NCBI GenBank assembly: GCA_005881695.1
Contig: VBBT01000113.1
Coordinates: forward strand, 1 to 63,239
Length of the DNA: 63,239 nt
Direction of reading: 5' to 3'
DNA from: Candidatus Bathyarchaeota archaeon
Lineage (GTDB): Archaea > Thermoproteota > Bathyarchaeia > 40CM-2-53-6
The position numbers and the translations under genes are program-made. The notes beneath the pieces are model-generated. The model saw only the letters and a program-made list of their open reading frames with translations, was not told the origin of the DNA and searched no databases. Below are positions 35,200 to 44,157 of the stretch, piece by piece. Positions within the stretch are counted from its first letter, which is position 1. Every line of letters starts with the position of its first letter.

Positions 35200-36463
35200 T
35201 TAGTTGTACCCCCAATTTTGCGAGGTCTTGGAAGAATTCCGGGTAGGATTTCGAAATTGCTTCCGAGTTTTGAATTATTGACTCTCCCTTCGCACCAAGA
35301 GAAGCGACTGCGCACGCCATCGCAACACGATGGTCGCTATGTGAATCGAACGCACTTCCGATCAACTCTCTGGTTCCCTCAATCTTGATCATGTCGTCTT
35401 CTGCATGAATCTTGGCGCCCATCTTCACCAACTCGGTCGGAAGAGTTTGCAACCTGTTGGACTCCTTGTAAACTAGCCTCTTTACTCCTCGGATTTCTGA
35501 TGAGCCGTCCGCGAAACATCCAAGGGTCTCAAGCGGCGGGACAAGATCCGGGTTATTGCTCGCGTCAAAATCGAATCCATCAAGTTCTCCTTTCCGAATC
35601 GTAAGTTCATCTCCATTCTGTTGGACTTCGAGCCCGATTTCGCGGGCGATTTTCAATATAGCAGAATCAGGTTCAAGCTCGTAGGATCCAAGGCCGGAAA
35701 TCGTGATATCATCTCCCGCGGTTCCCGTCGCGGCAATGAGGAAGGCCACGGACGAAAAATCTCCCGGAACACGATGAGACGCTGGCGCGAAGCTTTGTGG
35801 TGCAGGAATCTTGAACTTCTCATCTAATTCCTCGATCGAGATTCCATGCTTTCTCAACACATCAATGGACATGTTCACGTACGGGCGCGATTCAAGTGCA
35901 CCTTCCACGTTGATCGTGACATCTCTTATCGCCAGGGGAGCTGCGAATAGGAGTCCCGAGATGAACTGGGAGCTGATGTCGCCTCGAATCGTGACCTCTC
36001 CTCCTCTGAGAGGTCCCCTAACCAGTACTTCGAATCCATGCGTGTCGGAAATGGCTCGGGCGGAGACACCTAGAGTTTTGATAGCCTTCACAAGCGGGTC
36101 CAAGGGTCTGTTGGCTTGTCTCGGGGTAGCCCTTAGCCTAACTGTCTTCAGAGAAGTGGAGGAAATCGCGGTGAGGAACCTTAGGGTTGCTCCCGAGTCA
36201 CCGCAGTCAATGGGCCTGTTGGATGTTGTTGGTCTTCTGATTCCATTTGAGATTGTTCGGGTTTTCTTAACAAGAACTTTCGCTCCCAACCTTTGAATCC
36301 CCTCAAGGGTTCGCTGAGTATCATCACAATGCAACGCTCCTTCAATGACAGATTTCCCGGGGGACAATAGAGAGGCTAGGAGTGCTCTGTGGGTGTATGC
36401 TTTGGAGCCGGGAGCCTTCACTTTTCCGTGAAGCGCCTGTGGACCCTTGAGCCTAACTTTCAA
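35189..36463 (-). CDS. aroA: 3-phosphoshikimate 1-carboxyvinyltransferase (EPSP synthase)
   Basis: 424 aa. Motifs PGSKAYTHRAL, DSGATLRFL and DHRVAMA. Confidence 0.9.
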   Translation of the reverse strand: MKVRLKGPQALHGKVKAPGSKAYTHRALLASLLSPGKSVIEGALHCDDTQRTLEGIQRLGAKVLVKKTRTISNGIRRPTTSNRPIDCGDSGATLRFLTAISSTSLKTVRLRATPRQANRPLDPLVKAIKTLGVSARAISDTHGFEVLVRGPLRGGEVTIRGDISSQFISGLLFAAPLAIRDVTINVEGALESRPYVNMSIDVLRKHGISIEELDEKFKIPAPQSFAPASHRVPGDFSSVAFLIAATGTAGDDITISGLGSYELEPDSAILKIAREIGLEVQQNGDELTIRKGELDGFDFDASNNPDLVPPLETLGCFADGSSEIRGVKRLVYKESNRLQTLPTELVKMGAKIHAEDDMIKIEGTRELIGSAFDSHSDHRVAMACAVASLGAKGESIIQNSEAISKSYPEFFQDLAKLGVQLSVE

Positions 36464-37338
36464 GTCTCGATCATCGCTTTCCTGAAGTTGGGATTTGCTT
36501 CGATTATTCGTCCGTCGAATTTCTCGAACATCTGCCGCACTGGCTTCAACTGATTCTCGTCGACTACTGCCGCTATGGCTGGTCCCTTGCCGGACAGTCC
36601 TGCTCCATACGCCCCGGCTTCAATCGCCGAGAGTGCTGGGCGAGGGTCTTCTCCGAGGATGGATGAAAGGGCGAGGCCGTTAAGGGTAAGAGCGTCCCAG
36701 ATGTGGCCATTGCTGGCTTCGCTGTATGCAAGTTCTGAAATCCTTCGGATAGGCGCAAATCTCGTCCGGTCTAGCTGTCTTGTTCGAGTTTTTCGCGATG
36801 GAACAAGTATCAGGATCTTAAAATCTCTGGGGATCTTGAGAATTTTTTCCACCTTTCTATGATCATTATCTGTCAGAGCCGCTCCGCCGTGGTAGGATGC
36901 GAATGAATCGTCGTAGGCGCCAGTGAGACTTACCCCGGACTCGATGGATGCCTCTACTCCAATGGCAACCAGCGTGTCATCATCTCGCTCCTCGTCCAGT
37001 GCGGATACGGTGGCTAAGGCTACGGCGTTGGCTGCCGCGCTGCTGCTCTTGAGACCAACCGCTGCTGGTATGTTGGATGAGGTGATCACTTCTCCCTGCA
37101 GCTTCCGCTCATACCCATAATGTTCCAGGACCTTCTGGACCACTGTGACCGCAAGCTTGTTGGATTCCTCTGGATCGGAGGATATGAATCCGGAAATCTG
37201 GCCAGGTCCCTCTCGTAAGCTAACCTTCGCTCGGGTCCAAAGATCTACTCCCAGAGCGCCTCCCTTGCCTGTTGGAAACGCGTTTAGAATGCTGATAGCG
37301 CCGTGGGAAAGTGCCTGGCCGGTACCCTTCATTTCCAA
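36460..37338 (-). CDS. Archaeal GHMP-type shikimate kinase
   Basis: GHMP kinase motif (IPAAVGLKSSSAAANA). Sits between aroE and aroA. Confidence 0.8.
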   Translation of the reverse strand: MEMKGTGQALSHGAISILNAFPTGKGGALGVDLWTRAKVSLREGPGQISGFISSDPEESNKLAVTVVQKVLEHYGYERKLQGEVITSSNIPAAVGLKSSSAAANAVALATVSALDEERDDDTLVAIGVEASIESGVSLTGAYDDSFASYHGGAALTDNDHRKVEKILKIPRDFKILILVPSRKTRTRQLDRTRFAPIRRISELAYSEASNGHIWDALTLNGLALSSILGEDPRPALSAIEAGAYGAGLSGKGPAIAAVVDENQLKPVRQMFEKFDGRIIEANPNFRKAMIET

Positions 37339-38168
37339 TCCTTCCCCAGGTAATCTACTAGGGAGGAGCGCATGAGAGCGAAGGGAGCGGGCTCGTTGAG
37401 CCAGATTTCATAGGACAACGCTGCCTGGTGCACAAGCATCTCTAACGGGCTTATCGTGCCGCGTCCTGCGGGAATGGGTTCGCTGGGCTTGTCGTATGCT
37501 AGGTCGAAGACCCAGGCAGTATCTTTCACTCTGTTGAGTGGGATTTTGAGCTGGGATAAGAGAGTCGACGTCCGTATCGGGGTCGCGTTGACGAGAAGGT
37601 CCGTATCCTGGAGACTTTTCTCTAAGCTACTCCTGGAAAGTTCTTCATACCAAATTCTGCTGGGACCGGTTGCGTTATCCGCTAGCTCCCGGGCCTTGTC
37701 CAATGTTCTGTTTAGAATCCTGAGCGTGTTGTTTTCTGTCGAAAAACGGTGAACTAGTGCCTGAGCTGCTCCTCCCGCTCCGAGCACTACTATCCGCTTA
37801 TTGCTGGGTTCGAAACCGTAGGATCTCAGAGCTCTGACAGCTCCCTCTCCGTCAGTGTTGTATCCTACAAGTCCCTTCTTTGTTCGGACAACTGTATTGA
37901 CTGATCCGCTTTTCTTTGCGTTCTCGTCAAGCCCGTCCAACATTTCCAAGATAACTATCTTGTGGGGCATTGTGACGTTGAAGCCGTCAAAACCGAGCGT
38001 CCGGGCTGCTTCTACTGCCCGTTTCAGGCTGTCCTTGCTAACCTCGAAAGGTACGTAGGTTCTGTTGAGTGATAGTTTCTCGAAGGTCGTGTTGAAGATC
38101 ACAGGGCTGAGGCTGTGGGCTACCGGGGATCCGTAGAGGGAGTGGACTCTAGTATCGCCCTTGATCAT
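37329..38168 (-). CDS. aroE: Shikimate dehydrogenase
   Basis: Motifs GSPVAHSLSP, NVTMPHK, NTDG and GAGGAA. Confidence 0.9.
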   Translation of the reverse strand: MIKGDTRVHSLYGSPVAHSLSPVIFNTTFEKLSLNRTYVPFEVSKDSLKRAVEAARTLGFDGFNVTMPHKIVILEMLDGLDENAKKSGSVNTVVRTKKGLVGYNTDGEGAVRALRSYGFEPSNKRIVVLGAGGAAQALVHRFSTENNTLRILNRTLDKARELADNATGPSRIWYEELSRSSLEKSLQDTDLLVNATPIRTSTLLSQLKIPLNRVKDTAWVFDLAYDKPSEPIPAGRGTISPLEMLVHQAALSYEIWLNEPAPFALMRSSLVDYLGKDWK

Positions 38169-38174
38169 GTGTTG

Positions 38175-38858
38175 TTACTCCACACCTAGCATCTCGTAGA
38201 TTCGGCGAAGTTCGGCAATGGTCGATTGTCCAGGGGCGGTTTCCAGTCCTCTCTCTAGGGACGCGTAGGTGAAGTGGGCTCCGTAGAACGGTGCCAGTAG
38301 TCTCGACCAGACTCCCGCCTGTCCCATTGCAAAACTGACCAGCGGCGAGTTCTGATGGTTTGCTTTCAACAAGCTGAGGACAGTGAGATTGTCCTCAGGA
38401 ATCTGCGCTGTTGTGACGATCTTGCAAACATCGGGCTTGAACTTCTGGAGTTCCACGAGGGTTGAGGCGAGTTTTGCGGGATCAGGCGTTCTGAAGTGAT
38501 CATGGTGAGATAGTATGATCTTGGCACCTTTCTCTCTAAACGTCTTGATGACACGGTCGAGCCTGCTTGTGGTGAGTTCCAGATCTACGTACTGGAATCC
38601 TCCCTCGACTGCCTCCATCAATATCTTCAGACGTTCAGCCTCAGATCTGTCGAAGGATCCCTTCTCCGACAGCGGCCTGTTGGTTCCGATGATTGGTCGT
38701 TCTACTGCGCGGGCTATCTTTGTGAGGCCGTGGTAGCTCCGGAGCCTGTCCAGACGAACCTCCACGAGGTCGGCGGACAGTCTCTCGGCCCTCTGTGCTC
38801 TTCCCAATAGTTCGGGGGTGTCGGTTGAGGAGATTGAGACGCAGACTTTGGGGTTCAC
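38175..38858 (-). CDS. aroD: 3-dehydroquinate dehydratase, type I
   Basis: 227 aa. ADLVEVRLD and the ILSHHD region are typical of type I DHQase. Confidence 0.8.
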   Translation of the reverse strand: MNPKVCVSISSTDTPELLGRAQRAERLSADLVEVRLDRLRSYHGLTKIARAVERPIIGTNRPLSEKGSFDRSEAERLKILMEAVEGGFQYVDLELTTSRLDRVIKTFREKGAKIILSHHDHFRTPDPAKLASTLVELQKFKPDVCKIVTTAQIPEDNLTVLSLLKANHQNSPLVSFAMGQAGVWSRLLAPFYGAHFTYASLERGLETAPGQSTIAELRRIYEMLGVE

Positions 38859-39910
38859 CTTTCGATGACCATCTCGTCCGGTACTTTTGTTCCAAAGTGT
38901 CGTCCGCCCTCTTCGAACCGGACCAATACCTCGTCGCCAGGCTTGATCTCTGAAACCGGTTTGGACCCGTCTCTAGTGACCAGCCGGATAGTTTCAGCAT
39001 TCTGAACTATCGTCGTTAGCTTTCGGTTTCCAATGCTCGCCTCTACGAGGATCATTGGCCGACGCTCTATCTTGACCCTCGCGACATCAACGCTTCTGGT
39101 TCGCCCTCTCCTATCGATCAGGAGCACGGTTTCTCCGGCAGATAGCTCGGAGAGATACCGTGTTTTTCCGTTCGCGGCCAGAATGTATGATGATACTGGG
39201 CCAGCGTTTACCCTGAACGGTCGCGAGTTCACGTGAGGGTTGGCGTGGACTTCTCCTTCCACTAAGAAGAGAGCTTCGGACGAAGAGCCGGTCAAGAGTC
39301 CCTCGCCCGCCTCGAGGATCTCGGTGGTATCTACGCAGACTCTAGCCCCCGTCCCAATAGGCTTGACGCTCGTGACCTTGGCGATTGTGAGGGAGATGTC
39401 GTCTGGCTGTCCAAATATCAAGTCTCGGGTCTTGAAAATCTCGTCTGTATCACGGGAAGCAAGGGCTATTCCGTCCGCTCCCAGCTCCAAAGTTGAGAGG
39501 GCGGCTCTACTTTCGTCAAAGCTTCTGGTTCTGGCGAGAAGCTTCGAACGTCCTTTCGCTTCCGCTATCAGGTTTTCGAGCGGTATGATTTTCCAGTTGG
39601 GACAATTGATCAGGAGATAATCAGGACGCAGCTCCAGAGCCTGCGATATTCTTTCCAGATCCTTCTGGTCACCGATCGTAACCTCAAGCGCTACTGGGGT
39701 CCTGTTTCTCTTGGCACTCGACACGTGGTCAAACCTTGACGTGACGAGTATGTCCATTCCTTCCAGTCGCGACGCGATTTTCGCTGTGACTCCGGGAAGC
39801 TTGAGGTCGGTGAGGATGGTGTGCGGTTTGGCTTCGTCGACCATCTTGCGGATGGTTTCCGCGGATAGTTCGGGGTTAGGCTCGAGCCAGAATTCTTTCA
39901 CTTCTTTCAC
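38855..39910 (-). CDS. aroB': 3-dehydroquinate synthase II (archaeal, ADH-dependent)
   Basis: 351-aa ORF between the ADH synthase and aroD genes. The size and N-terminal KEFWLE... pattern fit the MJ1249-type family. Confidence 0.7.
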   Translation of the reverse strand: MKEVKEFWLEPNPELSAETIRKMVDEAKPHTILTDLKLPGVTAKIASRLEGMDILVTSRFDHVSSAKRNRTPVALEVTIGDQKDLERISQALELRPDYLLINCPNWKIIPLENLIAEAKGRSKLLARTRSFDESRAALSTLELGADGIALASRDTDEIFKTRDLIFGQPDDISLTIAKVTSVKPIGTGARVCVDTTEILEAGEGLLTGSSSEALFLVEGEVHANPHVNSRPFRVNAGPVSSYILAANGKTRYLSELSAGETVLLIDRRGRTRSVDVARVKIERRPMILVEASIGNRKLTTIVQNAETIRLVTRDGSKPVSEIKPGDEVLVRFEEGGRHFGTKVPDEMVIER

Positions 39911-40688
39911 CTAGGATCGAGAGTGCTTGCGTAGGGCTGATCCCGTTGTGGACTATCTCGACGAGTGCTCTAGTCATCAAGGAGGGTTTGCGATGCTGGA
40001 ACACGTTTCGCCCAATCGATACTCCAGCAGCTCCTGCCTTGATCGAGTCTGAGACGAGCTGAAGAGCCTCGGATTCACTGCCTGCTTTTGGCCCGCCGGC
40101 TACGACCACCGGTGCTTTGACGCTCTTGACGACGTTTCGGAAGCTCTCAACATCTCCTGTATAGTTCGTCTTGACGACGTCTGCTCCCAGCTCGTACCCG
40201 AGCCGTGTTGCATGGCTGACCACTTCGTAACCGTGCTCGTTCTGGATTCCGGGTCCTCTCGGATACATCATAGCGAGGACTGGTAAGCCGACATTGTCGC
40301 TTTCGTCGAGTATTCGCGAGAACTGGTCGAGCATGTCTTGCTCGTGCTCGGATCCCACGTTGATGTGAACAGATACCGCGTCCGCGCCTAGGCGGAGGGC
40401 TAGTTTGACAGTGGATACCTGCATCTTCCAGTTGGGCTCTCGGGTTAGTCGCGTTGCCCCTGAGAGATGGAATATGAGACCCATTCCTTGGTTGTCAACT
40501 GTCTTGGCTATGCCAGCATGGACGAGTACAGCGTCCGCTCCGCCCTTGGCTACGTTATCTATCGTGTCTGCCATGTCTGTGAGTCCTTCGATTGGTCCGA
40601 CTGATACTCCATGGTCCATCGGGATGATGACAGTCTTGCCATCTTGTCGGAATATCCGTCTGAGTCTGCGAGTTTTTCCTGTTTCCAT
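39876..40688 (-). CDS. aroA': 2-amino-3,7-dideoxy-D-threo-hept-6-ulosonate (ADH) synthase, class I aldolase family
   Basis: DhnA-type aldolase pattern (RRLRRIF...GKTVIIPMDHG, VKTNY). Operon context with DHQ synthase II. Confidence 0.75.
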   Translation of the reverse strand: METGKTRRLRRIFRQDGKTVIIPMDHGVSVGPIEGLTDMADTIDNVAKGGADAVLVHAGIAKTVDNQGMGLIFHLSGATRLTREPNWKMQVSTVKLALRLGADAVSVHINVGSEHEQDMLDQFSRILDESDNVGLPVLAMMYPRGPGIQNEHGYEVVSHATRLGYELGADVVKTNYTGDVESFRNVVKSVKAPVVVAGGPKAGSESEALQLVSDSIKAGAAGVSIGRNVFQHRKPSLMTRALVEIVHNGISPTQALSILGERSERILARA

Positions 40689-40697
40689 TTTCTCGGA

Positions 40698-41747
40698 TCA
40701 CTTGATGAGTTTCTTTGCTAGGAAGAGTTCGGCGTTGAGGATGGAGCATCCGGCTCCGCCGCGGATCAGGTTGTGGCCTAGCGCCATGTACTTGACACCG
40801 TTCAATGCTGGGTCTCTCCGGACCCGTCCGACCGTCACCGTCATTCCGTTTCCCTCGTCAACATCGAGCCTCGTCTGAGGACGATCCTCTTCCTCCCGGA
40901 CAACAATTGGGTGTTCGGGTGCTGAGGGGAGTTTGAGCTGTTGAGGAGTTCCCTTGAACTCTCGCATCACCTTCACGATTTCACTGGGGGTTGCAGGTGA
41001 TCGTGTCTTGGCGAAGACTGATTCCATGTGTCCATGGAGTGTTGGGACCCTGTTACAGCTGGCGGAGACGGTAATCCCGGCAGGTTTTGTTATTGTCCCG
41101 AGTATCTTGTTGGTTTCATGTTCGACTTTTTCCTCTTCGTTTCGGATGAATGGGATGACGTTCTGCATGATGTCGAGGGACGCGACTCCAGGGTAGCCTG
41201 CACCGGACACGGCTTGCATCGAAGATACGACGACGGTTTCGAGCCCGAAGTTGTCTTGGAGAGGTTTGAGCGAGAGCGTCAGAATGGCGGTCGTACAGTT
41301 GGGGTTAGCGACTATGAAACCGTCCGTCTTCATCCGTCGCTTCTGTTCATCCACCATCTCAGCGTGTTCAGGGTTTACTTCGGGATTCAAGAGCGGGACG
41401 AGTTGATCCATTCTGTGCGATGATGCGTTGGAGAACACCGGCATCCCCGCTCTGGCGAAATCCTCTTCCACCGGTCCTGCGACTTCAGCGGGCAGGGCTG
41501 AGAAGGCTAGGTCTGGGTCGTCTAGAGCTTGTGGCTTGGGTTCTGTAAGGACGAGTCCTCCAATCCCGTCAGGGAGGTTTGCTTCTTTTCTTGATCCGAT
41601 CGATGTGGCATATTCTTTACCTACGTTCTTGTCGGACGCAGCGACTGCACTCACCTCGAACCATGGGTGGTGGGCTAGTAGCTGGACGAATTTCTGACCC
41701 ATCATTCCGGTCGCGCCAAGGACGGCTACCTTTCTCTTGTTCACCAT
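40698..41747 (-). CDS. asd: Aspartate-semialdehyde dehydrogenase
   Basis: Motifs VAVLGATGMMGQ, NPNCTT and SGAGY. Confidence 0.9.
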   Translation of the reverse strand: MVNKRKVAVLGATGMMGQKFVQLLAHHPWFEVSAVAASDKNVGKEYATSIGSRKEANLPDGIGGLVLTEPKPQALDDPDLAFSALPAEVAGPVEEDFARAGMPVFSNASSHRMDQLVPLLNPEVNPEHAEMVDEQKRRMKTDGFIVANPNCTTAILTLSLKPLQDNFGLETVVVSSMQAVSGAGYPGVASLDIMQNVIPFIRNEEEKVEHETNKILGTITKPAGITVSASCNRVPTLHGHMESVFAKTRSPATPSEIVKVMREFKGTPQQLKLPSAPEHPIVVREEEDRPQTRLDVDEGNGMTVTVGRVRRDPALNGVKYMALGHNLIRGGAGCSILNAELFLAKKLIK

Positions 41748-41748
41748 T

Positions 41749-43095
41749 CTAGTTGTTCTCCAGCGAGGTTCTGATCAGCTTACCCGCCTGTTTCCTGACC
41801 TTCCAGTCGACTAGGACGAGGACGGAGGATGTTATGGTGAGGACGCCGAATATGTTGATGTTGCTCGAACGCAACGCATCGCTGATTCTCGCGACGACTC
41901 CGGGCGTCTCTTCCAAGCCTACTCCTTTGACTGTGATGAGGGCCATTCCCATCCGAGCGGCGAGCGCTAGACCGTGAGGGTCGTTTGCGACTACGTCGTG
42001 AAGTCTGGATATTTGTCGCCGTAAGCTTGGTGTCTGGCTAAGGTAGAGAATCGCGCTGTCACTATCTTGCGAGATAGCGACCAGATTCGTTCTGATGATC
42101 TTCGTGACTTTCCGGATAAGTTCTGGGTTCTGGGGCAGGTCTCTTCCTACCAGGGTTATGGAGGCGACCAGGTCTGGATTGTGGATTTTCACCTCCAGTT
42201 CGGGCAGTGGTCCGCCTGTGATCTGTGTTCCCTGTGCGTCGAGTCTTCCTGCTGCGCTGGGTATGACTCGGATGTTGATCCCTGGGTCTTTGTATCGCAG
42301 CGCCTTTCGATGGATGAATTTTGTTCCGCTATCGGCGATTCCAATCAACGCTTTCATGTCGATGGTTCTCAGAACATGCGCGTTACTGATCAAGTTCGGG
42401 TCGCCCGTGAGGATTCCTGGCGCGCTGGTTACCAGGACGACCTCGTCTGCTCCAAGTGCGGTGGCGAGTAGGAGAGCGGTGGTGTCGCTTCCTCCACGTC
42501 CCAGCGTGTTAATTCGTCCATCTCTGGTCCGGCCTATGAAACCACCGATGACCGGGACAATTCCGTCCTCGACCACAGGTTTCACGTATTTTCGTATACG
42601 TTGAATGCACGTTGCTCGCAACGGGTTGGCATTTGAAAAATCATGATCCGTTATGATCGGCCAGTCTCGATCCGAAGGGTCGAAGTAGCGGGCTTGTATC
42701 CCGCATGATTTCAAAGATGCGGCGAAGATCCTCGCGCTGGTTCTCTCGCCCATCGCGAGAATATCGTCTCTATCCGTTTCTACTATTCCTGTACCATTGT
42801 TCGTAAGTTCGAGAAGCTCGTCAGTAGTTCTTCCAACAGCGCTGACTACCGCAACCAGTCTGTTTCCTTTGGAGTATTCTCTCGCAACTGATTCTGCTGC
42901 GAGACTGATTTTTTTTCCGTTGGATAGGCTGGACCCGCCGAACTTCACGATAATTAGACGGCGACGCTGGCGTCTTGTGAAACGCCTGCTTGAACGGGGT
43001 CCGTTGTAGCTTGTTTTGAATGTTGGAGTCTGATTCTGGTGCTTAGACCTGGATGAGGGTCTCGGGAGCGGGCTTATGCCAGTAAAGATGACCAC
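41749..43095 (-). CDS. Aspartate kinase (start uncertain)
   Basis: KFGGSSL, the amino-acid kinase core and a C-terminal ACT region. The first 50 aa from ATG 43095 are basic low complexity, so the true start may be near 42948-42954. Confidence 0.8.
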   Translation of the reverse strand: MVIFTGISPLPRPSSRSKHQNQTPTFKTSYNGPRSSRRFTRRQRRRLIIVKFGGSSLSNGKKISLAAESVAREYSKGNRLVAVVSAVGRTTDELLELTNNGTGIVETDRDDILAMGERTSARIFAASLKSCGIQARYFDPSDRDWPIITDHDFSNANPLRATCIQRIRKYVKPVVEDGIVPVIGGFIGRTRDGRINTLGRGGSDTTALLLATALGADEVVLVTSAPGILTGDPNLISNAHVLRTIDMKALIGIADSGTKFIHRKALRYKDPGINIRVIPSAAGRLDAQGTQITGGPLPELEVKIHNPDLVASITLVGRDLPQNPELIRKVTKIIRTNLVAISQDSDSAILYLSQTPSLRRQISRLHDVVANDPHGLALAARMGMALITVKGVGLEETPGVVARISDALRSSNINIFGVLTITSSVLVLVDWKVRKQAGKLIRTSLENN

Positions 43096-43279
43096 CCATC
43101 CCCGTTCACACCAGAGATAAGTTCCAATTACGCTGCCCGCTTATTTAGCGTTATGGAAACCCTTTCGTTCGCATTTCACAAGACAGAGAGGATTCTCCGG
43201 CTCGAATTGGGGCAGGATGGCGTGATTGGTCTCGTTCCGTAGTCGAAGCGAGGCTCAGCGTGTTTGAGAGAGGCGGGGT

Positions 43280-43858
43280 CTAGGTGCTAGCTCCAACAAC
43301 CATTAGGATCAGCGCGATCGCCAGCAAGGCAACTCCCAATCTTCCAGCTATGCCCATTCGCTTCTGGAGACCTGCCATTTGGGCTGCCATCGGATTTTGA
43401 GCCGATGCTTCCGCCGTTGGCTTCGGAGCTTGCTTTGTCAGAGATATGAATTTGCGGCCCGCTGGAACTAGGATTCCAAGCGCTATGATGAGGACAACTA
43501 AGCCTAGCACGGCGCCTGCTTGGATGTAGACTAGTCCCGGACCGGTCAGGGCGAACGAGCTTGTTGTCTGCGTTGTTACATATCCGTAGAGGATGAGTCC
43601 AGCTATTATTGCCAGGATTGAGCTTCCGGTGATGAACCCGAGGTATCTTGGGAGAGCGGATTGGATGAATTCGGCTCGGGAGGCCGGAGACATTTTGGAG
43701 AGTGATGGAATGATGACGGATACGAATAGTGCAGCGCCCCCCATCCAGGCTACTATCGCGCCAATGTGGAGAACTAGCAGAACGAGAAATGGAGCATCAG
43801 CAGCCATATGCTTGAACCGATTTAGCGCTTGGGGGGTGAGGTTATTATGATATGCCAC
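43280..43858 (-). CDS. Multi-pass membrane protein (192 aa)
   Basis: Five or six hydrophobic helices. No family assigned. Confidence 0.55.
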   Translation of the reverse strand: MAYHNNLTPQALNRFKHMAADAPFLVLLVLHIGAIVAWMGGAALFVSVIIPSLSKMSPASRAEFIQSALPRYLGFITGSSILAIIAGLILYGYVTTQTTSSFALTGPGLVYIQAGAVLGLVVLIIALGILVPAGRKFISLTKQAPKPTAEASAQNPMAAQMAGLQKRMGIAGRLGVALLAIALILMVVGAST

Positions 43859-43949
43859 TTGCCTTCCATCATACCTTTTTCTGTAGAAAACATGGAATAA
43901 GAGAATGACGCTAAACCGAAAATGGAATCAACAACTGGAAATCAGGTTC

Positions 43950-44019
43950 TGAAACCGCTTTTTGAAACGCATTATTGAAACGCAAGTTGAAACCGGTTCT
44001 TGAAACTGCTCTTGAAAAC
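43950..44019 (+). repeat. Tandem array of six TGAAAC-core repeats, period 12-13 bp
   Basis: TGAAAC occurs at 43950, 43963, 43976, 43988 and 44001, TGAAAAC at 44013, and a further CGAAAC at 44040. Confidence 0.8.
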
Positions 44020-44157
44020 AGTGCCTGGAATCTACTTCCCGAAACGGGTAACCGTGAATTTTTCGGGCCCCCCCGGGGCCTACTCAAGTCTCGCACCGCC
44101 CCTCATGTTCCGTTCAAGAACTCTTAATGCCAACCCAACCCGCTATTTCCTTCATCC

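Noticed and set aside
41749-43095. Aspartate kinase as another near-cognate-start case (ATT 42954 / ATC 42951 before IVKFGG).
   Set aside because: A canonical GTG (42948) and an upstream ATG (43095) are both available in frame. The evidence is therefore not discriminating, and I only flagged the start as uncertain.
43950-44019. The TGAAAC array as a CRISPR array.
   Set aside because: The period is only 12-13 bp with no unique spacers, and no cas genes are present in the window.
44020-44157. A glmS ribozyme/riboswitch in the glmS leader.
   Set aside because: That element is bacterial. The promoter-to-start distance here suggests a near-leaderless mRNA, and I recognise no ribozyme core.
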